From Phoronis australis (taxonomy: Eukaryota; Animalia; Phoronida): a DNA stretch of 64,000 nt. The stretch's first letter is position 1; each line of letters begins with the position of its first letter. Below the pieces are notes generated by a model that was given only the letters and a program-made list of their open reading frames with translations, made no database searches and was not told the origin of the DNA. The position numbers and the translations under genes were made by a program. The stretch is taken from contig NMRA01000691.1 of NCBI GenBank assembly GCA_002633005.1, positions 137,406 through 201,405 on the forward strand, read 5' to 3'. Shown in pieces: positions 13,508 through 25,499 of this stretch.

Positions 13508-13726
13508 TTCATCGTGGTCTCTCTCAAGGACGGCATGTTTAACAACGCCAACGTCCTGTTCAAGACTAAGTTTGTGGATGGTGTCTCCACTGTCACGAGA
13601 TACGTCCAGAACCAGGCCTCCCGCAGCACCTCCAGTGTGACTAGCGACAAGTCAACAGTCAAAAAGACAAACAAGAAAGCTCGAATTGAGCACCCAACTC
13701 AACCACTCGCTCAAAGCAATGCTTGA
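13508..13726 (+). CDS. SMC2: SMC2 last coding exon
   Basis: [31 protein letters not shown] plus basic tail; TGA 13724-13726; candidate AATAAA near 14830. Confidence 0.95.
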   Translation, partial: FIVVSLKDGMFNNANVLFKTKFVDGVSTVTRYVQNQASRSTSSVTSDKSTVKKTNKKARIEHPTQPLAQSNA

Positions 13727-15674
13727 AAGAGAGGCTGTGACAGATGTTCTGACAGTTTGCCCTGGAATCAGAATTTGGTCTTATTGGCTATTGTGCACAG
13801 AGAAGTGGTTTTTGAAATGTAATGGCGAATTCTTGGGGAAGGGGAGGGGGGCAGATGGAAACAGTGCACAGATGTTCTTTTTCATTTCAGATTCTGGCTA
13901 GGTTGAGTTAGTTTGTAAAAGGTTTTGAAGAGCACCATTAGACCATTAGGTTTGAAATGAAGAGTGTTCCAGTTTAACAACCCATGCTGTCAACTTGTGT
14001 GTATGGATTTGTGAGTAATTTTAAAGAAACTGTTTGTCAACCCATGGTTTTGCTTACACTGTCCTACAAGTGTTTAAAATTGCACTCACAATGCCTCCTT
14101 CATCTCAATGTTTGCAATTTATAGAGAACACTTGCAGGTCGGCGCATTTTCAAGAATCATGAATATGTACTGAATTTTTAATATTGTTATTTTTTCACCT
14201 TGAACATTGTTTTTGTCATCTTGTTTAAACATATTCTGATAGCAGGAAGAATGAGTTTTGTGTGCATGCCTGTGAACATCTAGTTGTTTTGTGTTGCAAT
14301 GTGTAAATATTATGTGTAGTTCTGTGTAGTTCTGCCTCTATGTGATATGTTCCTTCATTCAAGTCACGTTTCCTATGACCTAATGACCAACTATTCTAAT
14401 TTTTTTATTTTTTCTGTTTTGTTGCATGCATCAAAAATATACACTTTAAACTAAGGACAAGATACTTTCGAGGGTCAATTGTGCCACACATACCTCCCAG
14501 ATGTAAGAATCAAGGAGACTACCAATGGCACAGAACCTCTCATAAACCCAAAATCAAAAGAAAATAAATCTCACTACTGAAATACAATAGCCATGCTACC
14601 TGTGAGCCTAGGATGTGAGTGTGCAGACTCAGTTTAGTGATGTCCAGGTACTGTCTGTTTTACCAATTTTTTAAAGAATGTCTAGACTAATGGTTACATG
14701 TCAAATTTTATGTAATATTCAATCCTCTTGTGTTCATTTGTCTGTTGTGTATATAGCTAGTTGTTTTATAACATCCGATGTGAACATTTCTTATCGATTT
14801 GCTCTTATCCATATGCACATTTAGCTCTAAATAAATGATTATTTAATTATATTGATTATGATTGGTGTTCTCTGGTTACCAATTAGGGTAGAATTTCATA
14901 TATAACCAAATGCGAATGTTTCGCATGTATACGACAGGCCTTGCAAATGGCAGCCACTGAAGTGGTTTGTCATTGAAGTTGGAATGTTGAATTATCGACT
15001 TGAAGGCTTCCCATTTCAACTGTATGGTCTGCTCTCTGATCTAAAGAACAGAGCCCAGTTGCACTCACACATAACAAAATATATCCACCTGCGTAATATA
15101 CTCGTTGTTAACTTACCATTTTGCGTCACATGCTTTCAAACTCATTTTTTCTCACTTGTCATACATTACATTCAGCCAGGTGACTTGGAGCATTTCGGAA
15201 AACAAGGATGTGAACAGAACGATTTGCGAGATGCTAAATCTTGAGAATCAGTCATTCGATTAAAAATGTCTTCGAAAACACGTGGCTGATTTTTAACGTG
15301 ATTGTGTGTCAAAAATTGAAAGTTAATGAACAAATAGGGTATTTTACAAATTTATTTTAGTACCGACGTTCGTCCTTTTATTTGTACTATTTTTACCATT
15401 TTATATTCTTATCCATTGGTAACTACACGGCATTCCAGCATCTATTTGACACATATAATGTTAGTTTACTTTCTTAAATTTCGTCTTAGACCCTTCTTCC
15501 GTTTTGGTTACATGTACGTGTGGGACGAGGCAATTGTTGGGGTATGGGTATGGCGTATAATTAGACAAAAATTTACAAGTAATCTGCAAATCAACTGGTT
15601 TCAATTTGCCACTCGGTAGCTCGTGGGTTGATCTCTCTGGGACGCAATGCTACGCTCCCATCTGTTGAAAATTA

Positions 15675-16038
15675 TGCCGAATAAACGCCCATAGAACTTT
15701 ATTCTGGTGTGAAACTTCTTTTGTCAAGTGTCCAGACTGGTGCGTTTATTCGGAAAATTTCCTCTTAAAGCTCACTCCCATTCAACTTTTTGTCACAAAT
15801 TCAGTTTTATGGAGCATTTACATATAAAAGCGAACAAGGTGTTGTGTTTATTAACATAAAATTTAAAAACAGTTTTAAGTAAAAAATGTCAAAGTCAGCA
15901 AAACTATGACTTTCCGTTTACACGCCCTCCTTTTCCGCCGAATAAGCGCGCGGGCGTTTATTTGGTGTTACTAAACTGCCTGCAAATTTCCATTTTCCGA
16001 ATTCACATCCATGGGCTTATCTACGGAAAATTCCGGTA
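15675..16038. mobile_element. Degenerate MITE relic
   Basis: Repeated ccgaataaacgcc / gcgtttattcgg inverted motifs ending ggaaaattccggta; superfamily uncertain. Confidence 0.35.
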
Positions 16039-16952
16039 GACACCGATATAAATTATAAAAGACCTGGCAGAAACTCGTTCCCAAACTCGCAGTGCGGTGT
16101 TCCGCCGGAAAATTCCCGGCGACAAGGATTTACTGCAGGCGGATTTAGAAGAGGGTGGGCATCAGGGGGGCCGTCCCCTCTTGGCTGCCGCAAAAAGAAA
16201 GAAAAACAGCAAAAGTGTGAGGAAATATTGAGTTCATTAATTAACCCCGGTACTTAACACTATACGGCTGAAACAAGATTTGACAATGTGTGGAATTTTA
16301 GTTATTGATGTGCCTGATGGGACTGGCAACCGTAGTGGCGCTCTGCACTACCACTCCGTTTCCGTCGTCTACTCCACTGCGTAATGAAGAAAACTGCCAT
16401 ATTTTTTTAAGTTGAGTGACAATGAAGAAACAAAAGCTGCTGTTAAGGCGTAAATTCTAGTCGAAGCCATAGTGAGTCACTCAGAAACTCATAATTCTTT
16501 CTTCGTCAAACATTGAAAATAAGACGATTTGAAAAGCAATCCTCGTCGTTTATGCCAACACGAAAGATGAATTACGGTAGGTCTTTTGGGGAGACTTAAG
16601 ACTATTTTAAACAACAACTTAGCAACGCACTGGTTGCACAAAATATAAAGCGTGTAATCAACATATCAGGTTCGCGGGCAAACGCTCTGGACCATATACA
16701 GTGTCTCTTAAGCACGCGGAATTTTATTTGGAAGCGTGCCGGAATTGTGCTTTGACCGCAAATTTGTTGCGAACTCGAAAGAGCTGGACGCTGTAAATGG
16801 TATTGGGAGAAAGAACAATTCCTCATGGTTTGTTGAACCTCTATTTTTTGAAAATTTATTGAGTTTTGTGTTTGCTATGGACGGCTGAAGTGTTGAAGCA
16901 CCCGTGGAATTTCTAGTCCGGAGTGTCATACCTTAGTGTAGTATATTACATA

Positions 16953-19313
16953 CGGCCAAATCACAACCAAGGTCCATATTTGGTGGCCACTTTTGGTGAA
17001 AAATGAGGGTTGTCATATTACTGTAAAAGCTCGGTTATTTTAAAATGCCATCATTCCAGGTTTGTAATCTAAAATCTTTTTTGCACAAGAACCATCTAAT
17101 AAAATTTTATGGCCTAATGCATCGCAGGTGTACAAAAGGGTACGCACACTACAACTTGTGTGGTCACAACACACTTCTACCATGCAAAAAATCATAAGGT
17201 AGCTGTTAATTTAATAAGTTTTTGATTAAATTGAAGAAGTATCACATACTAAAATAAGTAAAGTTACTACCGTACTGATCAAGTTGTTCTAGATGATGAT
17301 ACATTGTATATATTAACACATAATGAGAACTTCCTTTTCTTGCAATATGATTCTTACAAGAAAATGGCGAGTACCTACTTTTTCAAAAACTTAATTGGTG
17401 CTATTTGCCTAGTTTTCAATGCATTCACCAGTTGGTCAAAATGGTTAAAACAATGCTAGGCGCAGTGTTCCACTTGTAAACAGTAAAAATGGTACTTGCT
17501 GGGGGTACGTACACTACGCACAGTCAATCAACGTCAAATTTCGACTACGTTACAAGTGTATGGGATGGTCTTGAGTTTTGTGCTACCTCTACTTGTTGGT
17601 TTGTTGCAAGCAGAAGTTGCCTTGAGAGATAGAGAACCTGCCTGTGCAACATCAGTTGTCATATGACGTGTCTTCCAGGATTTTCAGTACTAGCCTAGTC
17701 CTGTGTGGCATTTTATTGTCCAAAAATTTGATAATGTCCATTGTTTTTTTGTCAGACTGTATTCATTTTCGAAATATCAGTATTGTTCATGAGAACAGCA
17801 GTATGTAAAAAATCTTGTGCCTGGCAATACTTTATAGCACAGAGGCTGGAGGTACGTACACTACACAGGGGTACGTATAATACATTTCAATGACTTTTCA
17901 GGTTTATAAAGAATAATCAAAATCTACTGAGAGTTAGTTCATTTACCAATATTCAAAGAGAGCAATAAAACGTACAGCATGCAGTCGGTGCATATCTGTC
18001 TGTCATTCTTTGAAAACAGGCACATGTTCAAATATAGGGGTACGTACGCTACACAAATGCTAATTTTCACTCAAAACAAATGTATTTGTAATTGACACCC
18101 TTTTAACCTAGCATTTTTAATGGAGGAAGCTGTCTGTGACAAGTGTTGCTTACTTACCGTGTAATATTTTTGTTTAATAGTATTTATTCACACTAGGGGT
18201 ACGTACACTACACAGGGGTACGCCATTTCAATGACATGTCAGGTTTGTATCTAAATACTCTAAAAATCCACTGAGAGTAAGTTGATTTACTAAATCAGTA
18301 AAAAGCACAGGATTCAAGTGCATATCTGCCATACTTTGAAAATGGGCACAAATTAAAATTTGGAGATACGTACACCACACAAATGCTTATATTTCACTCA
18401 AAACAAATGTATTTGCAATAAACACTCACTCTTTTAACCTAACATTTTTAAGGAAGGAAGCTGTCTATGACCAATGTTGCTCACTAATACCAAGTGATAT
18501 TTTATGGCATTTGTAACTTACATGGGGGGTACGTACACTACAAAAGGGGGTACGTACAGTAGGCCCACATCACTGTTTCTGCATCACATGTTGTATGGCC
18601 ATTTATTTTTCTTTGGTGATAATAATCACCATGTTGTTATTTAAAAGGCTACAATTTCATTTGCAATGACCATTTGTGTTACTGAATTCCACATGGGGGT
18701 ACGTACACTACATTTTGTTAGCCTTTTTGGCCTATTTTCAACCACATAGCAGAACCCATTCAATATTCAAACTTTTACTTTGTTTAGATATTGAATAATT
18801 TGCTGTGTTTCCTAGGATGACATTTGCATTTCTTTTTGTTACAGAGTGTGGACTTTAGTTTTTAACCTTCTTTACAGTAGGTGAGAGGGTTAGAAACACA
18901 GAATTTACAAATTTCGTAACGAGTGCCTGTTTTATGATGAACCCTACCATTTCTCAATGATTAAGGCAATTGACTTCATCAGTTGACTCTGAAAGTGACT
19001 CAAATTATTCCCAGTCATATCTAAACAATGGCTTGCATGATAAAATAAATGTCTTTTCTACTCTTGACAGTTGAAAAGTGTTATTTTTAAAATGGACACT
19101 CGTAACGCTAAAAATGCATGAAATTCATAGACAAAAACATGCATAAATTTCTCAAACATTGTCCGATTTTAGTGATGATTCTTTTTTATTTTGCACAACT
19201 AAATAACCCTTTGCATAATGAAATTCAGTTGGCATTTGGTAAGTGACCAAAAAATTATTTTAGACCGTAACACAGTCAACTCTCGAATATGGACCTTGAT
19301 TGTGATTTAGCCG
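16953..19313. mobile_element. 2.36-kb non-autonomous TIR element with an internal 16-bp motif array
   Basis: 28-bp TIR CGGC(C/T)AAATCACAA(C/T)CAAGGTCCATATT, TA next to both ends; ~11 GGGGTACGTACACTAC-like motifs; ~345-bp internal duplication. Confidence 0.8.
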
Positions 19314-19394
19314 GTAAGTGTATTGGGGACGATAGGAGAAGCTGAGGACGCCTGTGCCCTGTTCACATAAGATGTCTGTGATTTGTAACCTTCC

Positions 19395-19571
19395 GGTTGC
19401 AATGACACTCCTAAAGCACGAAGGTCAAAGTACGCATTTCATGCCTTCGATTGGCTAACAGTCACGAGGTCCAAAGTCTACGCTTACGTCATTACAGCTG
19501 ATTCAGTAGACCCACATTATAAAGCAGAATTCGTTGACGCGTGGAACAAGTTACGAATAACCATAAGTTAG
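19395..19571 (+). promoter_or_regulatory. Probable perilipin core promoter and short non-coding exon 1
   Basis: DR1-like sites at 19422 and 19468, reverse CCAAT at 19450, TTACGTCA at 19484, TATAAA at 19518, strong donor AG|GTAAGT at 19572; the ATG exon has an acceptor at 21937. Confidence 0.6.
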
Positions 19572-20116
19572 GTAAGTTCAGAGAATTTCATGTAAAGCAG
19601 AAATGATTGTTGTGTGCTATACATTTTTCAGGTTACAACTAATGAGAGTAGAAGGTACACAGACAGGCGAAAGAATGAATGTTTTCAAAAATTTTCAAGG
19701 CACTTGACCTGATCAAAATGGCCGACCTTCCTCAATTTTCAAGCGAGATTTATTGAGTTATTTTGAAAAAAGAACTCATGAGCTTGGTGGCCCAATTGGT
19801 TTGACTTGTTGGCCAATCCCTTGCGCTAAATTTACTTTGTTAGAGAGGTTTTCTAAAGTATATCTCAGAATTTTGTCCTGTTTTGGCTTATTCACTTCAT
19901 ACCGATTTATCCATTTCCATTATTTTTATTTTTGTATAGGGGACCCTTAGAAGGCCTCCTAATTTAAATTGCAATTACTTAATCACATGGGTGGCGCACC
20001 TGGGGTGGGGGTGGGGTGGAGGGCTCTCTCTCATCGCTATAGATGACCTTACTCGGCCTTACTGTAAGTTACGAATGTTTATCGTTGTGATTGGATGTTG
20101 CTTAAAGACAAAATTT

Positions 20117-21429
20117 AGGCAAAGGCAACCTGATTTCATGTCATTTTTAGCAACAATAGGGTTCATTGATTATCCCAGACATATTTTTCACTTATTTACA
20201 GCTTTTCGTAATTTAATTAATTACTCGTCGTCTACTCCGGACGTGACGTGTTGGTAGGCAAGAATTTCGCGCCAGTTTCTTTTCATATTGTCTGACTGTG
20301 AGAGCAGTCGAGTCAGTCATTGTTCTACCTCGGTTGTGATAAGTTCGGTCGTCATTTGCTTTTGTTTACGAGTCAGTCAACATGCCACGCTGTTGCGGCC
20401 TTCCGAGATGTACTCATTATCATCTCATGTACAGAGGAAGAACTGTCCCACTTGCCCGAGTGTCCCGCGACACCCTCCCAGTGGATGGTGACTTGAGCAC
20501 ACAAACTGCTTACATCCCACCTTGCGACTCCCTAGTCACACACGTGGCACCTTCTAAATAGCTCCAATACAAGTCCACAATAAACTTTTCAAACTTAGGC
20601 TCACCGATCTGTTCATTGGATGACGAACTGTACTTTTCACTGGATGTCAAACTGGGCCTGTATTCACTCTCGTTACTCAACATCGCTGAAGGGCTGCTTA
20701 CAGGCTCTGGGTTAGAGACAACAGCACACGGGGAATCACTACTAGTTCCTGGAATTGCACGCTATGGGGTACGTTCGGAGGCATGGGCGACAGTAGATGA
20801 AGTGCCTTCAGTCACTGTATATAGTGGCCACAGCTTGCGAGGCTTCTCGCTTCAAAAACACACTTCTCGGGGGTGGCGACGGGGCAATGCCGGGAATCAA
20901 CAGCGACGGTATGAAACCCTTCTTTGGGCGTTGTTTCGCAGGGACCTTCATCAATTCAGCGTACATATCTCTGTCGTAATCTGGCGGCTGAAAATGCTTG
21001 TCACTTCTTTGTACGTTGCGTGAACGGGTAGCGCTGTGTTCTTCACACGAATGAGCTAGCCAAGTACGGCGAAGTGTGTAATCCTTTGGAAAGCGATGCA
21101 AGGTACCTAAAGCGCGTGTGAGACGATGATGAGTTCATCCTGGTACGCAGCAACAGCGTGGCATGTTGACTGACTCGTAAACAAAAGCAAACGACGACCA
21201 AACTGATCACATCCGAGGTAGAACAATGACTGACTTGACAGCTCTCACAGTCTGACTGTATGAAAAGAAATTGGCGCGAAATTCTTGCCTCCCAAAACGT
21301 CACTTCCGGAGTAGACGACGAGAAATTAATTAAATTAGGAAAAGCTGTAATTAAGTGAAAAATGTGTCAGGGATAATCAACGGACCTCATTTTTGCTAAA
21401 AGTGACATGAAAAAAGGTTGGCTTCGCCT
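20117..21429 (-). mobile_element. Kolobok-like DNA transposon relic with ~280-bp TIRs
   Basis: TIRs ~20117-20396 and ~21150-21429; AGGC...GCCT termini; right flank TTAA (left flank degenerate); internal THAP and zinc-ribbon remnants. Confidence 0.8.
20430..21164 (-). pseudogene. Decayed THAP-domain transposase N-terminus
   Basis: MPRCCCVPG*...LHRFPKD...RRTW...KHF...FIPSL fits the THAP pattern with TGA at the second Cys; then, after frameshifts, EKFIV...LELFRRCHVC...VTIHW...GHSGKWDSS. Confidence 0.75.
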
Positions 21430-21940
21430 TTAACCATCGATTGAGGTCTTTCATTTTTTCTGACCCCAATCGAAGGACGTCATGTAGCTGGTAAGTATGC
21501 GCATCATGTAGAGACAAGACTGTGAACCTCTCCAGTCTTACGAGGCATCTGTGTCACTGTGTACTAGTACTGGAGTACACGTACCTTCGTAATGCTGTTC
21601 CATGGAGTTATGTTGTAACAGATCGAAATAAGTTCGGTTCTTAGGGTATATACATCTTGTTCCTTTTGATATCATTATCACAGCCATCTTTCTAAAATAT
21701 CAAAATACTTTCACCTGTATTAGCCTCCAAATGTTTTCACAATATGTGCATTTTAAGTGTATCAGAATTTATGCACTGGTTGGATAAAGTGCCACAGTGG
21801 ACCCTGACTTAGAGAACCAGACAATCTCCGAATGGTCGAAACTGGTCCTCTCGGTCAGGGTACATTATAAATCAAACCAGTGCTCAGAAAATCTTCACAA
21901 TCCCCGACATTATCTGCATGGAATCTTTCCTTTCCAGTGA

Positions 21941-22160
21941 ATGTATAGACAGCATCTGAAGGCTATGGAAAACGAGCAGTTGGTTTCCAGGGTGACGGGA
22001 CTCCCTGTAGTGAGCAGTGCGTGGGAACAGGTGTCAGCACTGTACTCAAAGACTAAGGACTACAATAGTCTGACAAGATTGACCTGCCAGTTGGCCGAGT
22101 CAGGGGCTAATTTGGCAGTGATCGGTTCAAAACCAGTGGTGGGATTGTTTGAACCCCAGT
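21941..22160 (+). CDS. Perilipin first coding exon (PAT domain)
   Basis: Acceptor at 21937; ATG at 21941 (alternative ATG at 21965); donor gtaagt. Confidence 0.92.
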
Positions 22161-22463
22161 GTAAGTTGGGTGGTTCGAAGTTACAGTCTGGTGCTTAATG
22201 GTGCTTAATGGTGCTTAATGGTGCTTTGTTAATAAGTAAAAACGAAAAGTTTACATGGGAAAGAGAGGAATCTTATGGCGACCTCCATTAAAAAATGTGT
22301 AACGTATCAAAACCTTTTAATAATAAAAATCCTATGTCTTCTTGGAAAGGAAACAATTTTTCTTCTCTGTCTTAAATTACCTTTCATGTAGAGTTAAATC
22401 ATTGTCCAGCCTGGAGAAGCCAGATTTCAAATCTCCCTGATAATGCGTCCGTTCTCTTTCCAG

Positions 22464-22546
22464 TGAGCTATGTCAATGACTATGGTCTCAAGAAACTAGA
22501 GGCTATCACAGATGCTTACCCCATCATTACCAAACCAACTGAAGAG
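22464..22546 (+). CDS. Perilipin exon
   Basis: SYVNDYGLKKLEAITDAYPIITKPTEE; phase 1 in, 0 out. Confidence 0.9.
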
Positions 22547-22877
22547 GTAAGAAATTGAGCACTGATTTGTCAACATGGGTAACTAAGTGTTGATTGTATT
22601 AGCATAGATATTCGCATTGTAAACAGTGGTAGCCTGTTGGTATAGTGCAGTAAGTTGTTTTCTTCTGGTGTCATGATGCTTGCATTGTAACTTTACAATT
22701 TTTCTGGGAACTTACCTTTAGAGAAGTTCATGTGTTTTATCAAAAATCCCGTGGGCCATGTCAAAACTAAAAGCTCAAATTATGTAGTCACATTACTGCA
22801 AATGATTAGGGTAATTTTATTTTGTGTTATTTTTTAAAATACATTTATTTCCTGTCAAAAAGCTGTATAAGTTTTAA

Positions 22878-23061
22878 GGGCTGTTCCAGCAAAATCTGTG
22901 TGGGAGGGGGGGAAGGCAACTGAAATAAAAATTTATGGGTGGTTGCGTTTGATTTAAATTCAAAATGGCTGGTGGTTGTACTTCAAAAAAATAAAAATTT
23001 ACAGGTCGTTGTTGTTTCATTGGGCCATAAATGTTTGATGGTGGGTAATTTTAGTAAATCT
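22878..23061. mobile_element. Harbinger-like MITE left part, cut by a contig join
   Basis: taa|GGGCTGTTCCAGCAAAATCTGTGTGGGAGGGGGG, same TIR as the 55432 element. Confidence 0.75.
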
Positions 23062-23062
23062 N

Positions 23063-23473
23063 AGCTATGTCAATGACTATGGTCTCAAGAAACTAGAGGC
23101 TATCACAGATGCTTACCCCATCATTACCAAACCAACTGAAGAGGTAAGAAATTGAGCACTGATTTGTCAACATGGGTAACAAAGTGTTGATTGTATTAGC
23201 ATAGATATTCGCATTGTAAACAGTGGTAGCCTGTTGGTATAGTGCAGTAAGTTGTTTTCTTCTGGTGTCATGATGCTTACATTGTAACTTTACAATTTTT
23301 CTGGGAACTTACTTTTAGAGAAGTTCATGTGTTTTATCAAAAATCCTGTGGGCCATGTCAAAACTAAAAGCTCAAATTATGTAGTCACATTACTGCAAAT
23401 GATTAGGGTAATTTTATTTCGTGTTATTTTTAAAATACATTTATTTCCTGTCAAAAAGCTGTATAAGTTTTAA
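23063..23473 (+). repeat. Near-identical second copy of 22466-22877 (likely allelic overlap artefact)
   Basis: Begins right after the single n at 23062; differs by a few SNPs/indels; lacks the acceptor. Confidence 0.85.
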
Positions 23474-24144
23474 TTACTTCATTGCTTTTGTGGGCAATTT
23501 AACCCAGTTTAAAACCAGATGGTGCAGTGCACCAGGTGGGGCAAGCACGCCATCCATCATGTTCACCATGGCACATCGAGGAGTTATTAATCTTTGGTCG
23601 TAAGCATTGATATGTTGTTGTCTGGAGACGTGGACATCAATGTACAAAGTCCAGTCACATACTTCACACCGTTGACTGTGGTGACAACTCCTGTGATTGT
23701 TAGACTGAGGTGTGAACCCCTGACACAACACTTTATCTGTTTTGAGATAATCCTGTGCCACTTCCCTAGTGATAGATCTTGTACAGTTTGAACAGTGACT
23801 CATGGTGTTTTTGTGACATGCTGTCTGGTCAAAGACCTGGAGGTATGACTGACAGCATTATCAGTGCAGGGTTATACCCAGTTTTCAAAACCCCGCTCGC
23901 CAGCTGGGTGAGTGAGACAGAAAATGTACTTTCACAGCCAAAAGTTAGTTGTTCGGCCTTAAGCTTGCTGCCAACCTCAATAAAAAATGATTATTTTGTG
24001 CGCTGATGTCACCATCTATTAGAGCTAGTATCATTTTTACAAAATGCAGAATTCCTACCGAGAAACTTTTGATGTTGATGAATTCCCTCCAAGCACAAGA
24101 TGTAGCCTTGACGCAAAGCTGTATACCATTATTGACCATTGTTC

Positions 24145-24750
24145 TACTGCTAAAATTGTAGCACGATCTTTACATCGGCTTTCGGTGCCATGATATATTG
24201 CGTAACCTATTGGCCAGTTACTTTTTTCGCTGGTTCTTCAATCAACAGTTGCTCTTTCACGAGGTTGTCTACATGTCACAACAAATTATCGCAATTGGTT
24301 TCACTTCATTACAAGTTTCTAGTATTTTAGTACCAGCAAACCGAATTTCAGAACAAATTAGCTAATGTGAAGCTGTCATCATCTGAGAGATGTCGTAAAA
24401 CTTTAGGGATAGCGCATCACGAGTGTACTGTTTTCAAAACGACGACATACATTTCTGTTACACAAGGCGGAGACTTGCGCTAGAAAATGATGGTTATTAG
24501 ATTATTTTTAACTTAAACAGCTATATCGGGCAAGGTGAGTGTCGGTTGACTCCCAGATTTTGCATAAACCCCCGCCAGTCTTTAGCTCCACATGTTGATA
24601 CAAGTTTTATGGCGAGTTGATGAGCAGAAGTACCCGGGCTGTGTGGAATTTCGAGGTCTGTCGGAGCTCAACACACAGTGGTACCTTGCTGTATTTTGAC
24701 AATAGCCTTCATACAGCTAACTGGCTGGCTACGCAAAACGATACGTCGTC
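24145..24750 (+). repeat. Unclassified dispersed repeat, copy 1
   Basis: Colinear with 59710-60330 (cctattggccagtt..., cacaacaaattat..., ccgaatttcagaacaaatt, acacacagtggtacct). Confidence 0.7.
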
Positions 24751-25306
24751 CAACAGATTAACTTCATTTTAATTAAAATGGCATGTCATCCTCTGTGTCT
24801 TGAAGTCAGGGCCGCCCTTTCTGCCTATCAGATTTAAAGTCACACCTTCTCTTGTTTTCCTGATAATCTGGGTGATATTTTCTTTTCCGTCGCAGTTTGC
24901 TTGAAGGAGGGCTCTGAATAATGCGACATTCTTGTCAAATAAAAATGAGATCACCTGAGACAATATCATTGGTGCCAGTGGAGGACAAGTCAACGAGCGT
25001 ATTATGAGTCTGCTCTCTAATTGTGCCGTTACTTCGGCACCTCTCGATGAATCTGTCTGAAATTTGGTAATACTATGTGGATAGATTGTTTCAAGCGCTA
25101 TCAATGGAATTTCAGTGGTTTTTCATTTACTCCCCATTGGTACAATGGGCGTTGGGGGTTGTTAATGTTCTTGGTTTGGTTGTTGATCTCTCCTTTGAAT
25201 TTTCATTTAATTTCATCAACTGTCACTCCACACAATGCTTTCAGTTGGGGTACTGGTGTCACGGTTGTGGCAGATTTTGCATGTCATGTTTTATTGTTTA
25301 TTTCAG

Positions 25307-25429
25307 GTGGTAGAGGAAACTAAAGCCTATGTAGAAAAGGCTGTCAGACCTACTTATGACCTTGTGGTGGCACCTGTGAATTTCACTGTGGACAAAGTCA
25401 ACTCGGTGAAGAATTATGGCATCGAGAAG
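25307..25429 (+). CDS. Perilipin exon
   Basis: VVEETKAYVEKAVRP...NYGIEK; 123 nt. Confidence 0.88.
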
Positions 25430-25499
25430 GTGAGGCATCTTTATGTTAACTCTGACTTGTTTCTGAGCTACTACACAATTATGCTGTCAAACATAGGTG

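Larger units (their letters stand above)
190..13726 (+). other. SMC2: SMC2 gene span (3' portion, 11 coding exons, ~614 aa in window; 5' part lies upstream)
   Basis: GT-AG exons join in phase: hinge end ([15 protein letters not shown]), coiled coil, ABC signature LSGGQRS, Walker [30 protein letters not shown]. Confidence 0.97.

Noticed and set aside
17138-18712. Repeated 16-bp motif as a CRISPR-like array
   Set aside because: Irregular spacing, related spacers, eukaryotic context, enclosed by TIRs, and no cas genes.
23063-23143. Second copy of a perilipin exon suggesting mutually exclusive splicing
   Set aside because: Starts at a single-n join, has no acceptor and is near-identical; best explained as the other allele.
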